Part shown: one piece after another, positions 49,399 through 63,953 of the stretch | Layout: each line of letters begins with the position of its first letter | Numbering within the stretch: the first letter of the stretch is position 1 | Source of the DNA: Penicillus capitatus | Taxonomy: Eukaryota > Plantae > Chlorophyta | Assembly (NCBI GenBank): GCA_965649825.1 | Contig: OZ287694.1 | Location: 557,197 to 621,196, forward strand | Length of the DNA stretch: 64,000 bases | Direction: 5' to 3' | Notes under the pieces: model-generated | Database searches by the model: none | What the model was told of the DNA's origin: nothing | What the model saw: only the letters and a program-made list of their open reading frames with translations | Made by a program: the position numbers and the translations under genes

Positions 49399-52300
49399 TG
49401 GCTGGTGGATGGCATCTTTCGCGAGACAGGAAACGACTCGATCGGAGAGATAGACTGCGCAACGATAACGTTGCAGTCCAGCGGGCGAACGTGTTGGATG
49501 CCGTAGACGGCAGGCAGCCACGCACGCGTACAGTCACTGATGAGGTGGTAGTACGACCACTCCGGCTGTCGCTGCCCCGTCACATCTGTTGGTTGAATTT
49601 GCTTCGTTCACTGGCACGGCCATCGCTGAGAGGGATATCTCAAATTCAAATCAAAACCTAGACAGAGATACCCCTCCAGTTAGAGAGCATTAGTAGGATA
49701 TAGAAATGCAAGAATACCTTGAGTCTGCATAGGTTATGGAATCGTCGGAGATTGGCACCCTCAAAGATGCATACCAGTGAGCTCTGTTCGCCTCCTACCT
49801 GCGAAAATTCGGCATGCCGTCCGTCTCAGACCCTGCAGGTACATTCCGCCTTGCAGAATGGCATCTACACGACAATACGGCGCAGCTTGCAGAACGGCGG
49901 GCGTGTTGCTACATCTGTCGTACATTCTGACATAGATGACTCCATTCATGCAGCTCGGTCACGGCAGTCGACAGATTAAATGAAGTCAATTCTCCAAATC
50001 ATCTCGAACGCACCAACAGAAGTTTCACATGAATACGTAGCAGCAAGTTTGCATCATTGGAGAGCGCTAAATTGAAAACAATGAATGTACGACAAGGTTG
50101 ACAACGACAGGCCAACACCTGTTCAACATAGATGTCTGAAGGCATTGCGGGAGGACCCCTTACGATCCGTTTTAAAACGCAGATGCGTGCTCACGACACG
50201 CCTGTCGGGCCGCGTACGGATGCCGATAATGACGACGCCAGCAGGTGATACAATGACGATCCTCAGTCCATCGTCTGCCGGTATCTTCGTCAGAATCCGA
50301 ATACCCGAACTCGCAGACTCTTCGTTCGACAACAAAGCTCGATTTATCCTCAGTGGACACATCCAAAGGAATAAGACAATACGAACGGGGTCGAGAACGA
50401 CATGTGCTGAACAGAGGATACGAACGGCAATTGAACACTCGTCGTTTCAGTCACTGTCGCGTTTCGTACCGAATGGGACACTCTCACTGCAAGCGAAGAA
50501 GTATTAGAAACGCCCAACAGCATCACAGTCAACATGGATCATCTTGACATTCATAGTATAACATGGATTCTCTCTTCTATGGAGTGAGAGGCCGGAAACA
50601 TCCGAACCGTCTTCCTAGGCGCATTTCGACTTAAAGACCTGTCTATCTACGGATGTCTGCATGGAACCTTTCGATTTGCTTAATACGCATGCGGTTTTAC
50701 GGCAAGGCTGCTGTATCGTACTATAAAGCCATCGATATTGTAAAGGGTATGGCAAATGCCAGACCATGCATGCCCTACTCTTATGGGTTCCGCAGCGAAT
50801 GGTACGTGCGTGACCACGAAGCCGGCCTACGAAAAGCGAGGTTCTGTGTCGATCACTGTTTCGTGCTCTATAGTGTTGATTGCGCCGTTCTCCGTTCGAT
50901 AAGAAGAGCAGACGTGAAACCTAGAAGACACGTCGGTGGTGTACGGGAAGAAATGGTAACGCCGAACACGATTCCGTCTCTGACCACTAGGCTGCTTTTC
51001 TTTCAGGGATCTTGGTCGCGTCGCGCTGGGCAGGCGACAGAATCTACTGGCTATGACAACGGTGTTTGCCATTCATGATCCCTCCTCGGGTTTGCTGCAA
51101 GGCGACGCTCTCCTTCCACAACTGGAGATGAAAATGAAGACGTCACAGAACGCGTCCTGTCACATCAACGCCAACGGAAGGAAGATGGCATGCAAGGTTG
51201 AGCGAAGAGAAATGTATCTACAGAGGACGTCAGTGGAAACACGGCAGCCTGTCCGCAATGCGTCCTCCTCTCGTCAGAGCCGACGCATTCGACGTAGGCG
51301 AAGACGGCATGAACACACATCTCTGGGAAAGATACTACACGTACTGCCTTGCAGCTCGTCTTCACTTCGATCAAGAGAATGCGGATTCAAAGATCAAGTC
51401 AATGACAAATGGCAAGCAAGGGCCTGGGAGTTTTCTACAGAGCAAGATGGACAGCATTTGTTGGGTGTCAGGAGAGGTTTCTTCGCCAAAACACCAACCA
51501 ATGACTGATCGTTTTCTCCAGGGTGCGTCTTTCGGCTGCAGCCGCTTCCATGAATGGTTTACTGTACGTTAGAGTGGAGTTCGATCCATCATCTGTCAGA
51601 GGACGTGTTCAGATTCTAGATGGCCACGGTGTTCTCACGGAAGAACTGGATTCTGCGACCGAGCATGGTTGGATCACTTTTCTCTCACACTTTCCGCCTG
51701 CGACGGGAGGCATTTTTGCAACAAACGTGCTGCGGCCAGAAAGGAAGCGCGTTAATCATCTTTACCCCTTGCTCGTCAGAGGATCGACAGAGAAAGATGG
51801 AGATGTGCATCGGTTTCGAGTTCTTCTCTCGGCGCTATCAAGTGGGAGTGATACGAGGTTCGGGGGAGAAACTTGCGGTATGTGCATTTTTACGCTATCA
51901 TTATCGACGGAGCGTGTTTCACACGTGCGGCGCGTTTTTTCTCTCCATGGTCTCTTTCGTGTCGGTAAGTCTCTTTGTCAGCGCCGTTGCTACTGTATCG
52001 TTCATTATTAAAACGTCACTGTCGCCGCTTGTGTACCATTGATTCGGCATTCTTCTCGTTGTCTAGCAGTAGATGGCGTGAAAAGACAGCTGCGCTTACC
52101 ACGGATGCGTGATCTGGCGTCTAGGAGAATCCCTGTCGGTCTTTGCAGAAATGCGGTATTGAAGGCTTTTCTCGTTGAAGGGAATGCGAGGATGACCGGA
52201 TTCGAATCTGAGTTTACTTTCGCCGACTGCAACAGGGAAATCCGCCTTTCCAAGCTCTCTACGCGTCAGCCTGAATCTGAGATCCGTGTCATTTCGTTTC

Positions 52301-53553
52301 AGACATTCTAAACGGATCTAACAGGCTTTTTGGCCTTTTTGTCTTTGGTCTTCTTCCGACCCCTCCGCGACCTGCGGAGTACTCGACCGTGTCGTCTACG
52401 GATGCTCAGGGGATTGCCTACGGTAGCGGCGCCCGTCTCAGGAAAGGACGACGTTTTAGATGAGATGCCGAAAAGGAAGTGCATTCGGATGTCGCACACT
52501 TTTACAATGTCCGTTGATGGCTCCTTTACCACCTCTTCATCTACGTCTTCCACAGCGACACATTTCTGCATACGGTTTCTCCATTGCTGCGTCGGCCTCA
52601 GGCTAAAGGCGAAGGGAGCTTGTGCAGGTCTCTTTGTGTGATACCATAGCTGGACTTCGTCAAGTACAACGTCTCGGTCGGAGAAATCGAACGACGCAAT
52701 CGATTCCCAAGTGACTCGGACAGTTGGCCACACACCAACTTGCCATTCCCTCTGCCTTCCATCTACTGCCAGAGCAATCCTTGCTGTCTCAATGAGACTC
52801 CCCCATCTGAACTCTTTGTTCTCTGGCCGAGATTCCGCTCCCCAGGAGCACAGCTCCCGCGCGCTTCACGCCCACAGAAAGAACAACAACAGTCGCCGCG
52901 ACAGTCGTGACGAAAACACGGCTGATGTGCATTACGCTTTCGGAATCCTCGACTCATTGGAGAGTCTGGTAAGCAAACTCCCACATCTCTGCGGAGACAT
53001 CGAGCTCGTACCACTGGAATCGCACCATCGCTATTCTTCGACGCCATCTTCCAGTTTTCCTACCGCACACGAGGCCATCCCTAGTTCGACATGTATACTG
53101 GCATGGATAGGCGCCTTTCCCCTTAACAACAAAGTTCAGTTGGTTCTTCTTTATCGCCGAGTGGATTCAGATCTGGTTCCAGCCTCTATTCAAGCTTTTC
53201 ATCCTAGATGTCAGAGAATCCTCCCTTCAGATGTCAAGATCGTTTTGTTTTCATTTGGTCGAAGTCTACGTTTGCTGCGACTGTTCTATTCAGTGCTCTC
53301 AGTCTTGTCGACGGCACATCCGTTCCTTCCCCTGTCAAAACTTGCGATTCGACGTGAAGAGGTGAATAAAGTGCCACTGCGGATCGACTATTGTTCGTCA
53401 TTTAGACATGATGTACAGACACATGACGCCCAACGGCATCTCTTTGCGAATAGCATCGCAGTCACTGCCGACGCCAACACCTTTGGCAACTCTATGCTCT
53501 TCGCGGCGACATCGCTTACCGATCTTCATGTCGTTCGGCCAAGAGACCTTTAG
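49399..53553 (+). pseudogene. Heavily decayed member of the beta-helix/multi-TM family (boundaries approximate)
   Basis: Family motifs survive in the expected order in shifting frames: WLVDG..E..ND..DC (49399), GETCGMC and SFIIKTSLSP (about 51870-52027; cf. SFAIKSSLGP), WTSSST (52651; cf. WTSSSTS at 34986), AHPF (53314; cf. CHPF). Confidence 0.6.
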
Positions 53554-53828
53554 TTGACGCGCCAGCGCACGAATGCACGGATATGTGTTCCCTAGTCTAA
53601 GTTTCCAAGTTGTCGGCGGCCAGGCGGCGAGTAGTTTCTCAGTTATTCAGCAGACGGATGTCATCTATTGAATCGATGATCGTTCGAAGATGGCAAGAAC
53701 ACGAATGGAAAATTCCTCGTCGGTACATTAAAGACGAAAGTTGCATGAATTGAATTGTTTGATCTGTCGCTTCGCAACAGCCGAGTTGCATGAATGGAAG
53801 ACAAATGCGTTCGATGTCGAACAATCTA

Positions 53829-56216
53829 TCACGGCCCATAGTATTTGTCAGACCACGTGCCGTGAAATCCGTGACCAATCGTATGCTCCAAATAAAGAAT
53901 AGCAACAGGACCATCCGCAATCTTAGCGGCGTCGAGAATCGCGAATTCCGTCTTCTGACGGAATGTGTCGTAGCAAAAGGAAATAATCCACCCATCCTCC
54001 TCTTCCACTCCTCCCGGTTCTGACAAACATCACCAACCGTTCCTGAGAATGCGTTGTCATGGTTGGCCAGACGCACTTGGTATAAAGCGCGGCTCGCCGA
54101 CGAAGTAGTGCTCCCCTTTCGTCCATGTCTCCATGTCTCCGGTTTCGTGGTCGAACTGAGACACAACACGATCAATGCGAAGAAGCACGCATATGTGGAG
54201 GCACTTTTCCCAGAACTTGTGTCGCGGTGTGTGCATCTGGATACATCAGGGTAACCGTATAGGTGTAGCGCTGACGACGTCCGACGTTGTGCGGATTCAC
54301 ACTGGCGAATTCCATTGCATGCGTCGTCATCTCTCTCGTCTCCACGCCGCCGTCCGGTGACAGTGTCGTTCGCTTCAACCTACGAAAAAAGTCACAGCGA
54401 CAGGAAAGTCACTCGAGACGATTCAGAGACCGTGGGCCCATGTCGATATCAGGTTCGTAGACCTCGAAGCCGGACGGCTTCTGATCGGCAGTACGGCCGA
54501 ACGGGTATGTCGGATAGTGGGTAGCGTCAACGATCACATGACCGTCCTCTTCGAAGGCGTTGATGAAGTGAAACGAGAAGGTTGTCTCCTCGAGCTGCCA
54601 ACGAACATCAGACAGGTCACACAACAATGAGACGGTTGGGTAGCATGGTGTGCGTACCTGGTAGACCTTTGGTGTGGCGTCCTTCGGTACATCGCCGTCG
54701 GATGATGGACGAGGCAACAGATGAAGCTGAAACACTCGAGGTTTTCTCGTGTGTCGTCTTTTAATACAGACATCTCACTTCGTGGACGCCGCCATCTTCG
54801 AGGTCAAGCGCGTTTGCCGCAGTGGCACTCTGATCGATGAGTTTCTTGAAATCCATTCGCATTGAAAACTGGACATCAAGAGCTGCGAGTGAGGCAATCG
54901 CATGGCCGGCTTTACCTTGTTAATGACGTAATAGTTTTCAGTGACACCGACGGAGTGCAAAAGTGAGAGGTTGTCAAAAGAATACTTCTGTCGGGCACGA
55001 ACATGCAGATCTTCGTCAATTTCGCAGAGGCTGATATCCGTTCGTATAAATGACGAAGAGAGGGTCGGCTACAGAAAAGAACAGCTCAAAGAACAGTTAA
55101 GCGAAATGGATTTTGACCATGTGTTGTGTCATAGGCAAGACAGTGACGTCACGTCGCGCATCGTATACAGCGTCGCCGACGCCGAAAACGGAATCAGCAT
55201 CCAGATGACGGCAACCTAGAACGATTGGATACTTCATTAGCGCTAATGCCATGTGCCAAACGACAAGGAATCGCGAGAGCCTCACTGGAATTCTGTGGGG
55301 AAGAGAAGAAGTGCTTCATGCCGAGATGCCATACAGTAGAGAATAGATCTTGCTTCGATCGCGGATCGATCGTCCGCAGCGTGTAAGGGTCGAGTACCGT
55401 CAAATAGGCACCCTGCAAAGAAAAGCGTTTGTGAACGACGGCGGTGTCACGCAACAGATGATGATACTTCTTGTGGGATGAGTAGTTTGTTTCCTGCCGC
55501 AATGGGCATTCCGTTTCCCGGGTTTCTGGGAAGGAATGACGCGAAAGGCAATGTGCCGTTCTTTGGCACGGATCCGAACACGCCAGTAAACAACCGCCTG
55601 CCAGCCTCCTCTTCGATCATAGAACTGCGTTGCAAGACATGATGCGACTGAGAAGTGCCGCGGGGTCGGCCCTACTGAAGTGTCCGGACAAATCTGGACC
55701 GAAAGAAGGCCTTGCCGTCTCGAATGGCGATGCTTGCGATGATGCCGTTCGCGTCGAAGAACGAACGAAACGTCTCGCCCAAGAACTCAATCTCTCCAGG
55801 GCCATTCCTATCGCCACGCGTTGGATACGAATGGCATGAGAATCGCGTGTCCGCTACCGGAAGTAGGTGCCGTGCAGCTCTGCCGGAATTTTGCCTTCGA
55901 CGTTCTCGACCCAGTATCCCTCGGGGCATTCTTCGACGGATATGTAGGCGGAGAAGTAGCGCCTAGAAAAGCACAAGACAGTGCGACAACGACGCGTCAT
56001 TCGGCAGTACGCTCTGCCGATGTTGGTTCGTGCACGCTCGTCCTCCGTTTGTTCCGCCAGAGAGGACGGCGACTGAGGACTCGGACGACTGGTGAAAGCT
56101 GATTCGGACGCCTTTGGGATGTCGGGAATGCGCTTCGGTGCCCGATTCTTGCGAGAAAAACTGCGCGGAATGCAAAACGTGGTACCAGAGACACTAGCGA
56201 GACGAACGGATTTCAT
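53829..56216 (-). CDS. Carotenoid cleavage oxygenase, copy 3, complete multi-exon gene
   Basis: Colinear with copy 2 and carries the same motifs. The length differences noticed (2-nt and 4-nt indels) fall in predicted introns. Confidence 0.9.
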
Positions 56217-57545
56217 GTTAACAGACAACGCGAGGGAGAAAGGAATCGACTCTGATCTCAAAATAAGAACTAAAGCTTATGCGATTGGGAAATCGATGTT
56301 GAACTCCAGTCATGCAAGTGTCAGCACACGTGGTTCAGGCGATTCGTGCATCCATGATGCATGCCGTAGCTGATGTGACGCGTACCGCTCGAATCGATGC
56401 ATTCAGTCGAACGTCACTTCAAACGATCTTGGCACCAGCTGTGTATCGTCTGCTGCAGTCTCTGGCAATGTTCCCTTAATTCGCGTTCATGATGACCCCG
56501 GAAACCGACGAAGTGGATGATTTGGATCGGCGATGTTTATTCGAAGATGGAATTGAGGTGACTGGTGAGTCGCCTCACATGAGGCAGCAAACAATCTCTG
56601 CCAACCGGCAACCTTTTCGGCCGATGGATGTGACTGGTCTCTCATAAACTTGGCAGTTTGGCAGAAGAACAAAGAGATCCTCGTTGTCGAACTGCCATTA
56701 GACAAGATGTGCTGTCAGGTCATGGATACTGGAACCAAGGGGTAAAGAAGATGACGTGGACATCTCATGCAAAAGTGCAGCGAAGAGCTGGGTGATACTC
56801 ATGACAGTCGAATACGAGTTAACACGATCCATTGTGTCACATGACGAATACCGTCACAGGAAGACGCTCTGGCATAACATGCGTCTGGCCCCATTCCTGC
56901 CAGACGACACTTGTATTCGGCATCCTAGGAGAGGTTTTAGCAATGCTTTGTCGCCTGTAGGAGATAACCGACGAGGGCCTTTCGATGGTTAGCAGCGTCT
57001 GTGGCTGCATGGAATCGCAGTCGTGGCGATGCGTGGCAAACCGTCGTACGAATAAATCGTCTGGTGACCATTGATTCGTGTCTTTTGTGTTCGTCTGCTT
57101 TGTTCCTCTCCGACTGAGCTCCAAACCACTGCGACTTGTGTGAGGACCACCTTCCTGTTGTTCGTGCGTTGGTTTGGCGACGCAGTACACACGTCCTTCA
57201 AACCGATCGCAGAAGGCGGAGCAGAACGCAGTCGGAGGTTTGTCGACGGAGGTCGTCTGTTGTTTTCCGCAGTGATCCGACCCGCCCGGAGAGAACGACA
57301 ACGGGCAGTGGAAGCACGAGCGTTGAGGACGACGCATGCAGCGCAGTTTGCGTCCGAAGAAAAGCAAACTCCTAACCGACGCGTCAGAAACCGACGGGTC
57401 GTGCGTCGACTCTCCATGCAAGTAGGCTCTCCTGCGACCGCGCATCGCCTAAGAACGTTTGTTTCTTCAAGGAGACTCTGAGGCCAATAGATTCCCGAGC
57501 GACTGCGATGCCTCCCACCGAACAAGGCGAAAAGGGCACCATCAG

Positions 57546-58513
57546 AGTTTCCCTGCCAGCGGCGCCCTCGGGAAATCCACGTGAGCCGAGTTAGCCATCG
57601 CACCCAGGGGTCAACGCATGGTTGTGTGTTTCAGATGCAGCTGTCACCCGGTGGTGGCACCTGGCTGAGGCAGCTCTGCGGTGGGATAAGCGGAGTATGC
57701 GTGGACGTGGCGTCGTTCTGAAGCGCTGGGCCCGGTCCAAACCCCTCGCGTTCGGATCTGTCGCCAGTACCTTGAAGGATGCTGGCTTTGGAGGCCCCCA
57801 CTCAGGACCCGCATTTCCATTTTTTTCTATTAGGGTCTCTTGTTAGGGTCTTTTCTTTTCGTCCTGAGTGGGTTTTTCAGTTCGCGGTATTAGCCGGTAG
57901 TTTTTTATTACTTTGTTAGATCCTGCTCTTTCTGTTCTCCTTTCTGTGTTTAGTATAGAACCTTTCTTGACTGTGTCTTTTATTTCACTTCACTTCTATG
58001 TGTGCTCTGGCGACCTTTCTGTCGCGTTTAATTTGTTCATGTTTATTGTTTCCCAATTTTGTTTTGTCTCATTCCCTGTGCTTGCCTGTTTGTTACTGTG
58101 ATGTCTGGGCTTGAGACCGGCCACCTGCCTTCTTGACTGTGTGTTTCTCTGTTCGTGTTTTATTGCATGTGTGTTTCTTCATCTATACTGCGTGTTTTGC
58201 TCTTTTCTGTCCCTTCTTTGTGTGTTTTTTTATTAGCGTGCGCGCCGCCTTCGCCTCCTTAGCTGACTCTGCAGGGGGAAAGCACAGTGAAGGTGTGGGG
58301 TGAGGCTTTGCACGGGTCGGTGTCCCTGTCGTGGATGGTGACAGAAGCGGGCCCTGCAAGCTTTCGCTACCCCCCAGGTCAGATCCCTACCTCTCTCGTA
58401 TAGCATGACTCAGTATGTATGTGTCTGCCATTAGGCTGTGGGTCGGGTCGCCGTCCGCCTCCAATGGACAGCTGGCGATATACTTCACCCGAGGGCGCTG
58501 CACGGGCAGAGGA
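57546..58513. mobile_element. ~970-bp fold-back element, copy 3, with a different right flank
   Basis: Same arms and core. The sequence diverges from copies 1 and 2 directly after gggcagagga. Confidence 0.65.
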
Positions 58514-58802
58514 TAACCAATGAACAATTGGCGCCTTCTCACTGATAAGTACACCAATCGTTTCTTTATGGCTGGCGGCGAAACTTTCACTGCCCCCTTC
58601 AGCTCTTCCTTGTGCCTGAATTAACACGTCTAAATTACTCATGTGCATTGACTTCTGGAGAAGTTGGCACACTTTCCATGCGCTGCACATGCAAATTGAT
58701 AGACAGTCTGTTGGTACGAAGGTCTAGACCCCAATACCCTTGTCTAAGCTGTACTTCCTATTCTTGATTCTTACATTCTGGGTTACATTTCCCGCATCTC
58801 TA

Positions 58803-59476
58803 CTATGCTCGTAAGATCATAAGTCGCCAGTTCCGCAGCGCATGGAAAACGTTTGGCTTTCTTGGAACTTTTGAGTTTCTTTGAGCAGGCTTTCTTAAGT
58901 TCTGCTTGCACTGAAATGCAGCCTGTCGTTTCTCCCTTGGTGCACCGAAGCGTTGTACTCTTTCCTTCCATAAGGGAGAGATACTTTGGAGGAGAGTGTT
59001 AATTGCAACGATAAGATCTTGAAGTTGACTCTCAATATTCTGGGCCGCAACTTGGAGAGCATTGTTTTCCTTTCGAAGTTTTTTAATGCCGTCTTCAATG
59101 CCTTTTAATGCCAGTAACTTTGCTTGCGGGTTCGCCGTTCTACTTAGTGCATCTTTTGCACTTTCGACTGTCTTATCTGCGTCAGAGACAATATCCGAGC
59201 TTCCTTCCTGATAAACCGTCGAGAGTCTATTGTCAACCTCGACGGAACCTTAACCTCTCTCTGTTATAATGTAGCGTACGATAAAGACGCACTTAACAAA
59301 TGATTCTTACCTCGGTTGCCTATTTCTCTTGCTACTGCAAAAATTCGGTATGTGATTTGACCGAGTCTAAACCCTTTTGCAGCTCCAAGCCACTTATCCA
59401 TAAGGGCCCAAAGTTCGCGACACTTCAAAATATCGTCTGTCAGTTCGGCGATATCATCACGCGCTTTGCTTCCCAT
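58803..59476 (-). CDS. Putative two-exon alpha-helical/coiled-coil protein of about 205 aa, unknown function
   Basis: Exon MGSKARDDIAELTDDILKCRELWALMDKWL..REIGNR is followed by a gtaag donor, then a ~150-codon stop-free frame with heptads (IEDGIKKLRKENNALQVAAQNIESQLQDL). The acceptor is uncertain. Confidence 0.4.
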
Positions 59477-60676
59477 GTTTTCGAACGCGAAAACAAAAGT
59501 CGAACAAAAAAACGAAAGTCGAACGCGAAATCTTCCATAAGGGAAAATACAAACAAATGTTTCCACCTCGCTTAAGGTATACGACCGTCTTTCACATTGC
59601 TGGAACAAGATTCGAGGTTAATTCCGTACAAAGGACCCATCAACTCCACAATCTGTTAATAACAAAAGTGGCCTTAAGTTTGCCAGATCCTGTGTCTCCC
59701 TTGCCTTCACTCTATATATACTCTCTGTATGTCTACGATCTTCACTGTCCCTAAAGCTAGGACAGATAGTGCCGTCTTAACGCATTGTAGCTTTGTTTTA
59801 CTTAGAACACGTGAATGTAGTCGCTACTCTATATCCTTCATCTTATTCTAGGTACCTTGCAGCATTGCCACGTCTCGCTCTGGATTTCGCCTTTGCATTC
59901 GGGCATGGCAATTTGTTCTTAAAGCCGAGTCGCATTCATGTGCACTATGTGGATATGCTGTCTTCCTTCGGCTAGCATGTCCCTCCAAGGATCTTTGACA
60001 ATAAATACTGTCCACTGGTGTATGTCTGAATATCATCATCCTAATCTCTTTCATTTCATCTTCTTTTTAGAAAAAAGCATGTCTAGCATTCTAACTCTAT
60101 TGCACAATGCACTTCGAGTCGATGACGAGATCAGCCTTCGTTTTTACTCGGATGACTTGTTCGTGAAACGGAACACACGCTTTATGTTCCCTTTACCGGC
60201 GCCGATCGAGCTGTGAATGATGTACAGCGACTCGCACGAGAACAACCATAAACGATTTGTATCTTCAGGTGTTGGAATCTATCGTAGTGATCGGTATTCG
60301 ATGCGTCGACATGCTTACTCGTACATTCTTCGATGACGATAAGTCAGGCGATACCGTCGCGAATGATACTCTATTGCTTGCCAGACTGCAGTGCGAATGC
60401 AATGTCACTTGAGCCAAAAAGTAGTGTTGCGCAAAGAGGCTTCTCTGGAAACTCATTCGAGCCGAAGCGCGTGTCGGCAGTGGACATTGAAAACGGCGCT
60501 TTCGTATATCCGCGGATTCTAAATGGTTACCCTATGGTTGCGGTATCCTTTTGGACGCGTATCCGTCTGTGCCGCGGTACAAAGAAACGTTCCGCGGAGC
60601 GAAAAGAAGTTTTGCTCGGCTTTTTGTGCACCGACGCGCAGACTTCGAGAAGACACGTACACAAATGACCGTTTCG

Positions 60677-61731
60677 ATGATGGCTGTAACCAAAGCCATT
60701 TCCCTTCTAGTGCTCTTGCGAAAAATCTAGACTTCGTTTAACATTGCGTGTTGCTCAGGGGATTATCGCAACCCGATGCGCCGTATCGGCATTAGCACGT
60801 TCGTCGCGATTTCTTCCTAAATTGTGTGCTAACCTGTCTGTGACTGCAGCTTACAAGGATGAGTGGCGAACAGATGTAGTTCGTTTCCTTCCGAAAACAG
60901 ATATTACCAAATATCATTGTCGACTGTCTGCAGGTGTCGGCAACGGGCAGGTCTCTGATGGAGGCCTGCAGTGGACAGGAAGAATGCCTACCACAGAAAT
61001 TAGTGGAGCTGACCAGTTTTCCTAGCGCTGTGGCGTTCGTTGCAGAAGAATTCGATTCAGAATCAATGACGTGGAACTTTGCAAGTGCATCTTTGGAATC
61101 TGTGATGAGCCACAGTCAAGATGCCGTTTCATGTGATGCTGCGGCAACGCTCGAAGCCGCTCATGAACAACACGATGAGAGCATGGACCAAGAAAAGAAC
61201 GTAGAAGAAGAGATGTCGTCAACAGCGGCTGTCGAGGATTTCGGCGGACATCTTCGCGACGCTGTTGGACAGCAGACAGTTGATCCGACCATCCTAATCG
61301 CAGAACCGTCTCTGAGCTCCATGTTTGCACAAGATTCTGCGATTGCCAGCGATTCTATCTTCGATGATGCGATGGGACTGGAGGAAGTGATGAGAACGGC
61401 GGCCTCAGATCATGCTTCTGAATCACTTATGGCACAGGAGATAGTCCGCGTGACTGATGCAGTCGCGACAATTGAAGCAGTAGTGTCGGAACTAGCAGCA
61501 GAATCGGCCGTCGCGTCAGAAGACGCACCAGAATCGGTCGCCCTATTAGAATCAGTTCCCCAGCAACCTCCTGTGGCTAGCACTCCTCAAAATGGACCCA
61601 GGAATTCTCCGAAAGCGCCTAGAGAGGATATCGGAATTGATCACCAAGGGCAACCTGTTTCCTCGGTGAGGAAGGACCCCGGACCTGGCTTGGGAGATCT
61701 CATCTCTACAACGACACCGCATATTAACTGA
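60677..61731 (+). CDS. Secreted acidic protein, family member E
   Basis: MMAVTKAISLL|GIIATRCAVSALA|PYKDEWRTD|VSATGRSLMEACSGQEEC via three ~50-nt introns, then an acidic body and C-terminal SPKAPREDIGIDHQGQPV. Confidence 0.7.
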
Positions 61732-63953
61732 ATCCCACTAAATCAAAACTCGTCGAAAAAACAAACACAGTTATGTTGTTACTGCGATAACGATGCACGT
61801 CATCGCATTCACTCCGACCCAAGTTTATGATTCATTAGCGTAACAGAACCTTAGTTTACAATGTCGAGACGGTTTGAACAATTCATAGCATTCAATCGGC
61901 GAAGCGCGAGCCACCGCACAAAGAAGTGTCATTTACATCAGGAAATTTCATTGAACGGATGAAAGAAAACGCACAGGTTTATGATCCGACACCCTACGAA
62001 GAGATGGACTGAATCAAAGTAAGGTTTAGGCCTCTACGACATGAACAGACTCAGATCAACAATGCCATCTCTTCCGTGCTCTCTACCGCAGAGATAGAGA
62101 GTGCAAGCAGACATTGTAATCCTGAGCTTGTTTATCGCTCACTGGATGACATGAGGCTGTTCGCGTAGAGATAAAAACAGAACATCTCCCCTGTATTGTA
62201 AGAATATCAATTTACGCCAACTTGGATCGATTGGTCAAGGATAGAGAACCTGCACGATGATGCAAACAATCCTTAGAAGCAGAAAGGCAAAGGATGATTT
62301 CTCCATTCATCGACTCTAATTGGCTGAGAAATATCGCGAGCATGAAATGTAGTGTTGCGGTGTATTGCCATTCTCACCCAAAGAGGTATCCAACCCCTTC
62401 TAGGGAAAACAGAGAGAGTTCGTGCATCCCTGACATTCAGTTCTCCTTTGATGTGACAGGCCGCGTCGATCTGCCTGGCGAAGGACACGACGAAGGTCAC
62501 ATCCGAACAGCAGCATCGCACAGCCAGTATAACATCTGCTGTCCTGGCATCTTGCTTTACGAGGTACTGAATCCACGAGCACAGGGATAGATAGTGGGAT
62601 CGCCCTCGATGATAACAGGTATGCCAAGATGATCTGGGATCCCTCCTTTTCACTGATTAGCTAGACACGACGATGCTCGAAGCCAGGAGGCGTGGTCTGA
62701 GGATATCGAGACGTCTTCCTTGGCAGGCAAACAAGTCAATCGTGCAAAGCGAGAGCCCAACGTCTTACGTTCCGTCATCTGCGCCGGCAGAATCGACGGT
62801 GTACCGACTGTTTGTTCGTTCAGCGTTACGGTTGAGACGAACTTCGTTTTTGGACACGGTCGACCACGAGCGACGTGCACGCTACGACAAGAACAGCACC
62901 TGGACTATAGTCAAGCTTGACGCGTTGTAACGTTGTCAACCCATCGCGGACTGCTGAAAAGATTTTCCATGCAACACATCGTTCGACATGCAAGACAGAA
63001 TAAAAGAATAACCGAAAGGGCAGGAAAGACGAGTACGAACGGTAGGGTTAAGTCTCAAGCCGATGCTCTTATCCTCCCTTTGTTTTCTGACTCGTCATAC
63101 AGGACTGCCCAGAACACAGCTCGTTATCTCTTAATTGATTGCTTGCTATCTGACTAAAAAGTAGGACCGGTCTTTGATCAAGGGAACCATTTTGCTACCG
63201 TCAGAACGGCGACATTCTATTCAGATGCAGAGCTAGATGAATTGAGTTGTTTTAGATGTCTAGTCAAATGGGTCATTTTAGGGCGATCGGTTGACTCTAC
63301 GAAATCTGAGCGCTGGTGACAGTGCTACATTACGCATTTTCCGATGCCATGATCATTCTGCGCAACGGAAAGTGCACCAGAAGCAAATGGTACGGCGAAG
63401 GATGTTGATAGATTGCGTTGTTGAACAACGGCCTTGTCAGTTCGGTTATGCTTCGGTAGTAAGTTGCACTCACTTAAGTTAGGAAAGGAACAAAGTCGGC
63501 AAACTCCTTCTGCGGCTGGGAAACAAGTCATCAAGAAACCTTACCATCTAATACCAATCATACCAAAGACCGTATGAAAAGGCACTGTGAAATGCCCTAC
63601 AAGGATACACTTTTAGTGTCGACATGTAACATGGTCAATTGGATGGACTGATATAGGCATCGTTCTCTACAATAACGCCAACGCATAAACGCACCTCGGA
63701 GACTTTCAGAAGTATATACCGAATTCTTGTTCTTGGTTATCTGTTTCTTTCTCATTGCGTTTTGTGAAAAAATACAAGAGTCGGATCGATGGCCGATCGC
63801 AGACTTGGCGTAAGGAAGGTACAATGCGCACGTCAGAAGTGTGAGCATGAATGGTGAATTCTCCGCTCGCGGATCAATAATCCATCCAGAGTGAACAGAA
63901 GTGAAAGACGTCTGGCTCGGCAGATATACAACGAAGAGCTGGAAGGCCACGAT

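Larger units (their letters stand above)
53622..58513. repeat. Segmental duplication copy of 15508-20399
   Basis: Continuous similarity that ends at the right end of the fold-back element. Confidence 0.95.
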
